DNA of 32,000 nt from Candidatus Karelsulcia muelleri PSPU. Lineage in GTDB: Bacteria > Bacteroidota > Bacteroidia > Flavobacteriales > Blattabacteriaceae. This document shows positions 18,913-27,010 of this stretch, piece by piece. The position numbers were made by a program, and so were the translations under genes. The notes beneath the pieces were generated by a model. The model saw only the letters and a list, made by a program, of their open reading frames with translations, did no database searches and was not told the DNA's origin. Numbering within the stretch: the stretch's first letter is position 1; every line of letters begins with the position of its first letter. The DNA lies in NCBI RefSeq assembly GCF_000829155.1, contig NZ_AP013293.1, positions 30,001 to 62,000 of the forward strand. Reading direction: 5' to 3'.

Positions 18913-20388
18913 TTAATCCATTTTCATAGAAATACCTAAAAATAATGCGGATAAAGAAGTGAAAATAAATGCTTGTAAAAAACTTACTAATATTTCTAAT
19001 AAAAAAATAAAAATAGAAAAAGGTATAGATATAATTATTGAAAATAAATTTTTAAAAATAAAAATTAAAGAGATAAAACTCATTGAAATTATATGTCCTG
19101 CTGTAATATTAGCGAATAAACGTATACAAAGAGTTAGAGGACGAATAAATAAACCAAATAATTCAATTGGAATTAATAAAAGTCTTACTAAAAAGGGAAT
19201 CTCTGGCAGAGTCAAAAAATCTTTCCAATAATCTTTGTTAGCACTAAAAATTATTGTAAAAAATACAATTGTAGATAAAGTGAAAGTAACGCTAATATTT
19301 CCTGTAAGATTAGGTCCTGTAGGAATTAAACCTATAAGATTATTTATTAAAATGAAAAAAAATATTGTTAATAAAAAAGGTAAATATAATTTATAATAAG
19401 GTTTTCCTATATTAGGAATAGCTATTTTATCTCTTATAAAAAGAATTATATATTCTAAAATGTTTTGAAATTTTGATTTTGGTTGTTTATTTTTATAAGT
19501 TAAAGATAATTTAAAAAAAATTAAAAATAAGATAATTAAAGATATTATTAATGCAAAAACATTTTTTGTTATAGAAAAATCCAAAGGATTCTTATTAAGA
19601 ATATAACCTTTATCATCTATTTCTAAATATCCTTCTGAATTAGTTTTATATATTTTTTCATTAAATAATCTATAATAATTGTTTTTTTTTAAAACTAAGT
19701 TTTTTCCTTTATCAAATTTTGATGACAAAAATAATATTAATTTTTTATCAAATAAAATTATAGGTAATGGAATAAAATAATCTTTATCTTTTTTTTTAAA
19801 CAAATGCCATTTGTGAGAATCTCTAATATGAGATTTAATAAAAAAAGCTGGATTAAAAATTTCTTTATTATTTATCTTTATCTTTTTATAATTTCTCTTA
19901 TTAGAGATCTCTTTCTTATCTTTATCATTTATTTTTTTATCATTTATTTTTTTATCATTTATTTTTTTATCATTTATTTTTTTATCATTTATTTTTTTAT
20001 CATTTATTTTTTTATCATTTATTTTTTTATCATTTATTTTTTTATCATTTATTTTTTTATCATTTATTTTTTTATCATTTATTTTTTTATCATTTATTTT
20101 TTTATCATTTATTTTTTTATCATTTATTTTTTTATCATTTATTTTTTTATCATTTATTTTTTTATCATTTATTTTTTTATCATTTATTTTTTTATCATTT
20201 ATTTTTTTATCATTTATTTTTTTATCATTTATTTTTTTATAATTTCTCTTATTAGAGATCTCTTTCTTATCTTTATCATTTATTTTTTTATTAAAAAAAA
20301 AATTTCTAGTTTTAGTATCTAAACAAATTAATTGACTAAACCAAAAAAAAAAAATAAATAAAAAATTTAAATTGGTTTTATGTGACAT
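18913..20388 (-). CDS. atpB: ATP synthase F0 a subunit with a repeat-expanded N-terminal extension
   Basis: 491 aa. The C-terminal half (LRLFANITAGHII; ...LLEILVSFLQAFIFTSLSALF) is canonical subunit a. The N-terminus has a hydrophobic segment, then the (KINDK)n array, then FIKSHIRDSHKWHLF, as in Bacteroidota-type AtpB. Confidence 0.9.
   Translation of the reverse strand: MSHKTNLNFLFIFFFWFSQLICLDTKTRNFFFNKKINDKDKKEISNKRNYKKINDKKINDKKINDKKINDKKINDKKINDKKINDKKINDKKINDKKINDKKINDKKINDKKINDKKINDKKINDKKINDKKINDKKINDKKINDKKINDKKINDKDKKEISNKRNYKKIKINNKEIFNPAFFIKSHIRDSHKWHLFKKKDKDYFIPLPIILFDKKLILFLSSKFDKGKNLVLKKNNYYRLFNEKIYKTNSEGYLEIDDKGYILNKNPLDFSITKNVFALIISLIILFLIFFKLSLTYKNKQPKSKFQNILEYIILFIRDKIAIPNIGKPYYKLYLPFLLTIFFFILINNLIGLIPTGPNLTGNISVTFTLSTIVFFTIIFSANKDYWKDFLTLPEIPFLVRLLLIPIELFGLFIRPLTLCIRLFANITAGHIISMSFISLIFIFKNLFSIIISIPFSIFIFLLEILVSFLQAFIFTSLSALFLGISMKMD
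19887..19940. repeat. Left copy of a 54-nt direct repeat bracketing the 15-nt array
   Basis: TATAATTTCTCTTATTAGAGATCTCTTTCTTATCTTTATCATTTATTTTTTTAT is identical to 20238..20291. It contains the 10-nt palindrome AGAGATCTCT at 19903-19912. Confidence 0.95.
19921..20240. repeat. Perfect tandem array, 15-nt unit TTTATCATTTATTTT x 21.3, in frame inside atpB (encodes KINDK/INDKK pentapeptides)
   Basis: Read directly. Positions 19921-20235 are 21 identical 15-mers with no substitution, followed by a 5-nt partial unit. Confidence 0.97.
20238..20291. repeat. Right copy of the 54-nt direct repeat bracketing the 15-nt array
   Basis: Identical to 19887..19940, with an offset of 351 nt (a multiple of 3). 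The palindrome AGAGATCTCT lies at 20254-20263. Confidence 0.95.
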
Positions 20389-20514
20389 AATTTAAAAAAA
20401 TTTATTTTTTCTATAAACATAAGTTTTCTAAAACATAAGTATTATTTATATTTTTTTTTTATGAGATCTTTTTAAGAAAGTTAATTATATAAAAATAAAT
20501 ATATAAGATATTTT

Positions 20515-22338
20515 ATGATTAATAAAAAAATTATAGAAAAAATATTTGAAATCTCAAAAGTAGAAGAAGTAATTAGTGATTTTATTTGTTTAAAAAAAAT
20601 TGGTGTTAATTATAAAGCATTAAGTCCATTTTCTAATGAAAAAAATCCTTCTTTAATAGTCTCTCCATTAAAACAAATTTGGAAAGATTTTAGTTCTGGA
20701 AAAGGAGGAAATGTTGTAAATTTCCTTATGGAATATGAAAAATTAAATTTTTTAGAATCAATAAAATATTTAGCTAAAAAATATAACATAGAAATTATAA
20801 ATTCTTATAAAAACAAATTTATAAATTCTTATAAAGAAAGTATTTTTATAATTAATAATTATGCAAAATTTTTTTTTAAAAAAGAATTAAATTTAAATAA
20901 AAAAAGTATTTTTTTTTTAAAAAAAAGAAAATTTAATTTAAAACAATTAAATAAATTTGATATAGGATATGCTCCATATAATTATAATAAATTTACTAAT
21001 TCAGCTTTAAAAAAAGGATTTAAATTAAAAATTTTAAAAAAAAGTGGATTAATTAATAATAATACAAATAATGATTTTTTTATAAATCGTATTATATTTC
21101 CTATACATAGTATATCTGGGTTAATATTAGGATTTGGAGGTAGATCTTTATCAGAAAAAAAAAATATAGCTAAATATTTAAATTCCCCTGAAAGTGAAAT
21201 TTATCATAAAGGTAATAATTTATATGGAATATATCAAGCTAAAAAATATATATTAAAATATAATTTTTGTTATTTAACTGAAGGATATACAGATGTTATT
21301 TCTATGTATAAATTTGGTATAAAAAATGTTGTTGCTTCATTAGGAACTTCCTTAACTTTAAATCAAATTTTTTTAATAAAACGTTTTACAAAAAATATTA
21401 CTATTATATATGATTCTGATGAATCGGGAATAAATTCTTGTTTACGTTTAATAGATATTCTTCTTGAACAAGAGATTCATATTAAAATTATTTCTTTACC
21501 TTTGAAAGAAGATCCTGACTCTTTTTTTAAAAAAAAAAATTATAATAAAATTATAAATTTTTTAAAAAAAAATACATTTAATTTTATTAATTTTAAATTA
21601 AATTTTTTTAAAAAAAAAAATTCTAAAAAACAAAAAATTATATTTATAAAAACTATTATAAATAGTTTGTCAAAAATATCAGATCTAATAATTAGAGATC
21701 TTTATATAAAAGAAATTTGTATATTATTAAATATTAATGAATCTATTATTTTATCTGAAATAGAATTTTTATTATTAAATAAAAATAAATTTAAAAAAAA
21801 ATCATTTAATTTTATTTTAAATGAATCTAAAAAATTTAAGACTTTAATAGTTTTAGAAGAAAAATTATTACAAATAAGTTTATTATATGGTAATGTAATA
21901 ATTACATCAAATAATTATATTCCTTTAAAAGGAAATAAAAAAATAACAATAATTGAAGAATTCATATTTCAAATGAAAATATATAATTTTTGTTTTTATT
22001 TAGAAAAACATAAATATGTATTTAATGTAATAAATAAAAAATTAAAAAATAAAAAAACTTTTTTTTTTAACAAAATTTTTTATAAAGATCTAATGAAATT
22101 AATATCATTAATTGATCAATATGATTTTGATTTTTTTAATTTAGATAAAAAAAAAATATCTCAATATTTTATTGAAACTTTATTACGATATAAATCGTAT
22201 TATATATCAAATATCATAAAAAAAAAATTTTTTATTTTAAATAGAGAAAAAAAAATAAACAAAAAATTGTTATTAAAAACAATTAATTTAACTAAAATAA
22301 AAAATAATATTAATAAAAAATTAAATATATTAATTTAA
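20515..22338 (+). CDS. dnaG: DNA primase DnaG (zinc-ribbon ligands substituted; TOPRIM intact)
   Basis: 607 aa. The N-terminus KALSPFSNEKNPSLIVSPLKQIWKDFSSGKGGNVVNFLM aligns to the CHC2 zinc-finger region. The TOPRIM motifs are YLTEGYTDVISM and IIYDSDESG. Confidence 0.9.
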   Translation: MINKKIIEKIFEISKVEEVISDFICLKKIGVNYKALSPFSNEKNPSLIVSPLKQIWKDFSSGKGGNVVNFLMEYEKLNFLESIKYLAKKYNIEIINSYKNKFINSYKESIFIINNYAKFFFKKELNLNKKSIFFLKKRKFNLKQLNKFDIGYAPYNYNKFTNSALKKGFKLKILKKSGLINNNTNNDFFINRIIFPIHSISGLILGFGGRSLSEKKNIAKYLNSPESEIYHKGNNLYGIYQAKKYILKYNFCYLTEGYTDVISMYKFGIKNVVASLGTSLTLNQIFLIKRFTKNITIIYDSDESGINSCLRLIDILLEQEIHIKIISLPLKEDPDSFFKKKNYNKIINFLKKNTFNFINFKLNFFKKKNSKKQKIIFIKTIINSLSKISDLIIRDLYIKEICILLNINESIILSEIEFLLLNKNKFKKKSFNFILNESKKFKTLIVLEEKLLQISLLYGNVIITSNNYIPLKGNKKITIIEEFIFQMKIYNFCFYLEKHKYVFNVINKKLKNKKTFFFNKIFYKDLMKLISLIDQYDFDFFNLDKKKISQYFIETLLRYKSYYISNIIKKKFFILNREKKINKKLLLKTINLTKIKNNINKKLNILI

Positions 22339-23577
22339 TTTCAATATCCATTGAATATAATCAGAATTTATTTGTCTTAAAATTAATTTATATTTTTTTA
22401 TTATAAAATTTATATTATATACATTATAATGTAATAATGTATATAAATAAACATTATTTAATAATTTTATTATAAATTTTTTTTTTAATTTTTTTATTAA
22501 AAAATATAAATTATTAAATTTATCTTCTATACAAATAGAAATACTAATTGGAGAATTTTGAATTAAAAAAAAATTAATTTTAAAATATGAAATATATTTA
22601 AATATAAAACTAATATCTTTTTCTAAAAAGAAAGAAAATTTTTTTTTCGAAAAAAAAATCAATTTTTGTTGTTTTTTAACAATAAAACAAGATGTAATAA
22701 CATTATTAATATATTTTGCACTTACAAGGGTACCTTTTTTTTTAGGAAAAATAAAAGAACGAATATATAATGGAATTTTTTTTTCTTTTAAAGGATATAA
22801 AGTTTTAGGATGTATAACTGATGCACCATAATAAGATAATTCAAGAGTTTCTTTATAAGAAAGACTTTTAAATATTTTTTTTTTTAAAAAAAATCTAGGA
22901 TCTGCATTTAATATACCAGGAACATCTTTCCAAGTAGTTTGACTTTCTGCATTTAAACAAAATGAAAAAATTGATGCGGTATAATCTGATCCTTCTCTAC
23001 CAAAAGTAGTAGTAAAATAATTGTTATCAGCTCCTATAAAACCTTGAGTTATATAAAAAAAATTTTTATTTATTTGTTTTATTTTTTTTTTTGTTTGTTG
23101 CCAATTAACGTGTGCTTCACGATATGAATTATCCGTTTTTAGATAATTTCTACAATCTAACCAAAAATTGGGAAATCCTATTAAATTTAAATATTCACTA
23201 ACTATTTTAGTTGAAATTAATTCACCAGATCCAACTATTTGATCATATATAAAATGATATTTGATTGATTTTTTTTTTTTAAAAAAAAAAATCAATTCAT
23301 TAAAAAAAAATTTTATATATTTAAAAATAAAATGATTTTTAATAAATAAATTTTTTATTATTTTAAAATGATTTTTATATATATTTAATACTTGTATATA
23401 TGTATTATTTTTAATAAAAAAATTTTTTACAACTTTTTCAAGTTTATTAGTGTTTTTTCCAATAGCTGAAAGTACCATAATTTTATTATTATTTTTATTA
23501 ATTTTAATAACTTTAGATAAATTTTTTATTCTTTTATAGTTTTTTATAGAAGATCCTCCAAATTTATATATTTTCAT
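22330..23577 (-). CDS. lysC: Aspartate kinase
   Basis: 415 aa. MKIYKFGGSSI, FGREGSDYTASIF, ADPRF and SYKETLELSYYGASVIHPKT are aspartokinase motifs. The 3' end overlaps the dnaG 3' end by 9 nt (convergent). Confidence 0.88.
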   Translation of the reverse strand: MKIYKFGGSSIKNYKRIKNLSKVIKINKNNNKIMVLSAIGKNTNKLEKVVKNFFIKNNTYIQVLNIYKNHFKIIKNLFIKNHFIFKYIKFFFNELIFFFKKKKSIKYHFIYDQIVGSGELISTKIVSEYLNLIGFPNFWLDCRNYLKTDNSYREAHVNWQQTKKKIKQINKNFFYITQGFIGADNNYFTTTFGREGSDYTASIFSFCLNAESQTTWKDVPGILNADPRFFLKKKIFKSLSYKETLELSYYGASVIHPKTLYPLKEKKIPLYIRSFIFPKKKGTLVSAKYINNVITSCFIVKKQQKLIFFSKKKFSFFLEKDISFIFKYISYFKINFFLIQNSPISISICIEDKFNNLYFLIKKLKKKFIIKLLNNVYLYTLLHYNVYNINFIIKKYKLILRQINSDYIQWILKLN

Positions 23578-23728
23578 TTTAAATAATTATTAAAATTATA
23601 AAATGATTTTTTAAAAAAAAAAAAAAATATATATAAATTTTAATAAAAAAATAAAAATTATTATTTATTTATAAAAGTAAAAATATTAGATCATATGATG
23701 ATTTCTTTTTTTTTTTTTAAAAAAAATA

Positions 23729-23920
23729 TTATAAAATATATAAGTTTTTTTCAATTATAACTAATATAGTATTAATTATAATGAAAAAGATATTTATTAT
23801 AAATAAAATAATAAAATTTTTATTAAATAATAAATTTTTATTTAAATAAAAATTTATTATTTGTATAAATAATAATAATATTAAAATTATTAATAATATA
23901 TATAAATATTGTTTTTCCAC
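23729..23920 (-). CDS. Hypothetical 63-aa hydrophobic ORF (GTG start) 3 nt downstream of the MarC-family gene; doubtful
   Basis: It is only an open frame with two I/L/F-rich segments. The start codon is GTG (plus-strand CAC at 23918-23920). No motif is recognisable. Confidence 0.15.
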   Translation of the reverse strand: MEKQYLYILLIILILLLFIQIINFYLNKNLLFNKNFIILFIINIFFIIINTILVIIEKNLYIL

Positions 23921-23923
23921 TGT

Positions 23924-24526
23924 TTAAGTTTTAATTAAATTTAAAATATTTTCACTATTAAAAATATAACAAATATTACGTACAAATAATTTTATTGAAA
24001 AAGATAATAATATTATTCCAAATAATATTTTAAATATATTTAAATATTCATTATTAATTTTTTTTTCTATAAAAGAAATATGTTTTAGAACAAAATAAAC
24101 TATTATTAGATTAATAATTAATGATAATAATATGATTTTTATCTCATAATTCTCTGTTAAAGAGATTAAAGTTGTTACAGAACCTGGTCCAGCTATTAAT
24201 GGAAATGAAATTGGTATAATTGATATTTGTGCACTTTTTTGAATTTTATTAAAATTAATACCTAATATCATTTCTAATGAAATGAGAAATAATATGATTG
24301 AACCCGCTAATGAAAAAGAATATATATCAATTCCAAAAATATTAAAAATATAATCTCCTAAAAAGAGGAAAAATAAAAAAATTCCTGATGAAAGGAAAAT
24401 AATTTGATTTACATTTATTTTAAATCCGGTTTTTAGGTATCCTATAATAATCGGAGCATTTCCTATTATATCTATAATACTAAATATTATAAAAAAACAT
24501 GTAAAAAATAATTTTATATGTTCCAT
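23924..24526 (-). CDS. marC: MarC-family (UPF0056) integral membrane protein
   Basis: 200 aa with about 6 hydrophobic segments. The N-terminal FSIIDIIGNAPIIIGYL and ISFPLIAGPGSVTT resemble MarC-family signatures. Confidence 0.75.
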   Translation of the reverse strand: MEHIKLFFTCFFIIFSIIDIIGNAPIIIGYLKTGFKINVNQIIFLSSGIFLFFLFLGDYIFNIFGIDIYSFSLAGSIILFLISLEMILGINFNKIQKSAQISIIPISFPLIAGPGSVTTLISLTENYEIKIILLSLIINLIIVYFVLKHISFIEKKINNEYLNIFKILFGIILLSFSIKLFVRNICYIFNSENILNLIKT

Positions 24527-24528
24527 AA

Positions 24529-25347
24529 TTAATATAATTTTTTTCTTAAAATTTCATATAAAATAATAGCCGTAGAAGTACTAACATTAAGTGAATCTAT
24601 TTTTCCTTTAATAGGAATATTAATAATATTTTTTTTTTTTTTAAACCAAATATCTGATAATCCTTTGGATTCAGATCCAATTATAATTGCAAAAGATTTA
24701 TTTTTTATTTTTTTAATAAAAAAATTATTATAAATTTTATTAACTGATGTTGAAATAATTTTAATTTGGTTTTTATTTAACCATGAAATTATTATTTTAT
24801 AATTAGCTATAAAAATTTGATTGGTAAAAATAGTTCCTAAACTTGAGCGAATAACATTAGGATTGAATATATCTACTTTATTATTACATAATAATATAGC
24901 ATCTATACCAACAGCATCAGCTGTACGGAATATAGCTCCTAAATTTCCTGGTTTTTCTATTCCTTCTAATATTAAAAATAAAGCAGATAAAGAAATTTTC
25001 ATATTTTTTATATTTAATTTTTTTTTAAAAAATGAGGCTATAATACCTCCTGTTTTTTTTCTATAAGAAATTTTATTATATAAAAAATATGTTATCATAT
25101 ATTTTTTTATAAAAAAATTAGAAATAAATTCATATTTACATATTTTATTATATATTAATATATACTCTGGTATATAATTAGCTATTAAGGCCATTTTAAT
25201 TTCTTTAAGTCCTTCAACAGAAAAAGAATTATTTAATTTTTTTTTTTTTTTAATTTTTTTTAATTTATAAAAATATTTAAAAATATTATTTTTAATACTA
25301 AATATTATCATTTGTGTTGTTTTTTTTCTATTTAAGAATAGAATCAA
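24529..25347 (-). CDS. SpoU/TrmH-family RNA 2'-O-methyltransferase (RlmB-like)
   Basis: LILEGIEKPGNLGAIFRTADAVGIDAILL, IIIGSESKGLS and IPIKGKIDSLNVSTSTAIILYEI are the three SpoU motifs. The start may instead be the Met at 25311, which would remove the 20-nt overlap with leuB. Confidence 0.85.
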   Translation of the reverse strand: MILFLNRKKTTQMIIFSIKNNIFKYFYKLKKIKKKKKLNNSFSVEGLKEIKMALIANYIPEYILIYNKICKYEFISNFFIKKYMITYFLYNKISYRKKTGGIIASFFKKKLNIKNMKISLSALFLILEGIEKPGNLGAIFRTADAVGIDAILLCNNKVDIFNPNVIRSSLGTIFTNQIFIANYKIIISWLNKNQIKIISTSVNKIYNNFFIKKIKNKSFAIIIGSESKGLSDIWFKKKKNIINIPIKGKIDSLNVSTSTAIILYEILRKKLY

Positions 25348-26386
25348 CTAAAAAATCTCCTACTTGTTTAGTAGAAAAAAATTTTTTAGAATTTATGTCT
25401 TTAGTCAAAATTCCATTTTTAATTGAATTATTTACAAGTTTATTTATTAATAAACTTTCTTTATTCATTTTAAAATCTTTTAACATCATAGAAACAGATA
25501 ATATAGATCCTAATGGATTTGCAATATTTTTTCCAGCAGCTTTTGGATATGATCCATGTATAGGTTCATACATAGAAGTTTTTTTCCCAATAGAAGAAGA
25601 AGGTAATAATCCTAATGATCCAACTATTGCACTAGCTTCATCTGAAAGAATATCTCCAAACATATTTTCAGTTAATAATATATCAAATTGTTTAGGATTA
25701 ATAATCATTTGCATAGAAGCATTATCTATAAAGAGATAATCTAATTGTACTTCTTTAAATTTTAAATTTATTTCTTTTAAAGTTTCACGCCATAATCTAG
25801 AAGTAGCTAAAACATTTGCTTTATCAACTAATGTTACTTTTTTTTTACGTTTTAAAGCTGCTTTAAAAGCACGTATTGCGATACGTGAAATATTTTTTTT
25901 ATTATAATTACATATATCATATGCTTTATTTCTATTTTTAGAGATTCCTTTTTTACCAAAATATATACCATTAGTAAGTTCTCTATATATAATAAAATCT
26001 ACGTTTTCTATATAGGCTTTTTTTATTGGAGATTTTTTAAGTAAAGATTTATAAACTTTAATAGGTCTTATATTACAATATAACCCCATTTTTTTTCTAA
26101 GTTTTAATAAACCTTGTTCAGGTCTAATTTTTAAATTAGGATTATTATCATATTTAGGATCTCCTATAGCTCCAAACAAAATAGAATCACATCCTAAACA
26201 AGTATCTAAAGTATCCTTTGTTAAAGGAATTCCTGTTTTTTTTATAGAAATGCCTCCTATTAAACATTTATGATAAATAAAATTATGATTATATTTTTGA
26301 CCTATAGCATCTAATATTTTTAAAGATTGATTAATTACTTCTGGTCCTATACCATCTCCTGATAAAACAGCTATATTTTTTTCCAT
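25328..26386 (-). CDS. leuB: 3-isopropylmalate dehydrogenase
   Basis: 352 aa. IAVLSGDGIGPEV, LLTENMFGDILSDEASAIVGSLGLLPS and YEPIHGSYPKAAGKNIANP are present. Confidence 0.95.
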   Translation of the reverse strand: MEKNIAVLSGDGIGPEVINQSLKILDAIGQKYNHNFIYHKCLIGGISIKKTGIPLTKDTLDTCLGCDSILFGAIGDPKYDNNPNLKIRPEQGLLKLRKKMGLYCNIRPIKVYKSLLKKSPIKKAYIENVDFIIYRELTNGIYFGKKGISKNRNKAYDICNYNKKNISRIAIRAFKAALKRKKKVTLVDKANVLATSRLWRETLKEINLKFKEVQLDYLFIDNASMQMIINPKQFDILLTENMFGDILSDEASAIVGSLGLLPSSSIGKKTSMYEPIHGSYPKAAGKNIANPLGSILSVSMMLKDFKMNKESLLINKLVNNSIKNGILTKDINSKKFFSTKQVGDFLVDSILK

Positions 26387-26415
26387 TTAATTATAAAATT
26401 TTTTTTTTTATAAAT

Positions 26416-27003
26416 TTAATTATAAAAATTTTTTTTTTCAAAAAATTTTATTTTTTTTTTAAAACTTAAAAGAAATTCAATATCATCATATCCATTTATA
26501 AAACACTTTTTTTTATAATCATCTATTTTAAAAGATTCTTTATTATTTTCAATTTTTACATATTGATTTTCAATATTAATTTCAAAAATTAAATTATTAT
26601 TTAAATAAAGTTTTTTTAAAATTAAATTTAAAAACGTTTTTTTTAGTTCTATAGTTAATAATCCATTATTTAAAGCATTTTGTTTAAAAATATCAGCAAA
26701 AAAATTTGATATTACAACTTTAAATCCATAATCTTTAATTGCCCACGCTGCATGTTCTCTACTAGAACCACATCCAAAATTTTTTCCAGTTATTAATATT
26801 TTTCCAGAATAATTTTTATTATTTAATATAAAATTTTTATTTATTTTTCCATTTGAATTATATCGCCAGTCTCTAAATAAATTTTTTCCAAAATCTGATT
26901 TAGTTGTTAATTTTAAAAATCTAGCTGGTATAATTTGATCAGTATCTATATTTTCTAGATCTAAAGGAACTGCTGTACTAAATAAAGTAATAAATTTTTC
27001 CAT
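26416..27003 (-). CDS. leuD: 3-isopropylmalate dehydratase small subunit
   Basis: 195 aa. DNIDTDQIIPARFLK and GKNFGCGSSREHAAWAIKDYGF are present. Confidence 0.93.
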   Translation of the reverse strand: MEKFITLFSTAVPLDLENIDTDQIIPARFLKLTTKSDFGKNLFRDWRYNSNGKINKNFILNNKNYSGKILITGKNFGCGSSREHAAWAIKDYGFKVVISNFFADIFKQNALNNGLLTIELKKTFLNLILKKLYLNNNLIFEINIENQYVKIENNKESFKIDDYKKKCFINGYDDIEFLLSFKKKIKFFEKKNFYN

Positions 27004-27010
27004 ATATAAT

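Noticed and set aside
19921-20240. Possible CRISPR array because of regular short repeats
   Set aside because: The units are directly abutting 15-mers with no spacers, they lie inside a conserved ORF, and there are no cas genes in the window. This is a coding microsatellite or minisatellite.
19804-20322. 172-aa plus-strand ORF with (IIYFF)n
   Set aside because: It is the antisense reading of the atpB 15-nt array. It is open only because the repeat unit lacks a stop in that frame. The atpB frame on the minus strand has conserved flanking sequence.
20797-20835. 15-nt sequence ATAAATTCTTATAAA repeated 24 nt apart in dnaG (INSYKNKF / INSYKESI)
   Set aside because: It is a small in-frame duplication in a low-complexity linker. 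It is unremarkable in this composition and has no further structure.
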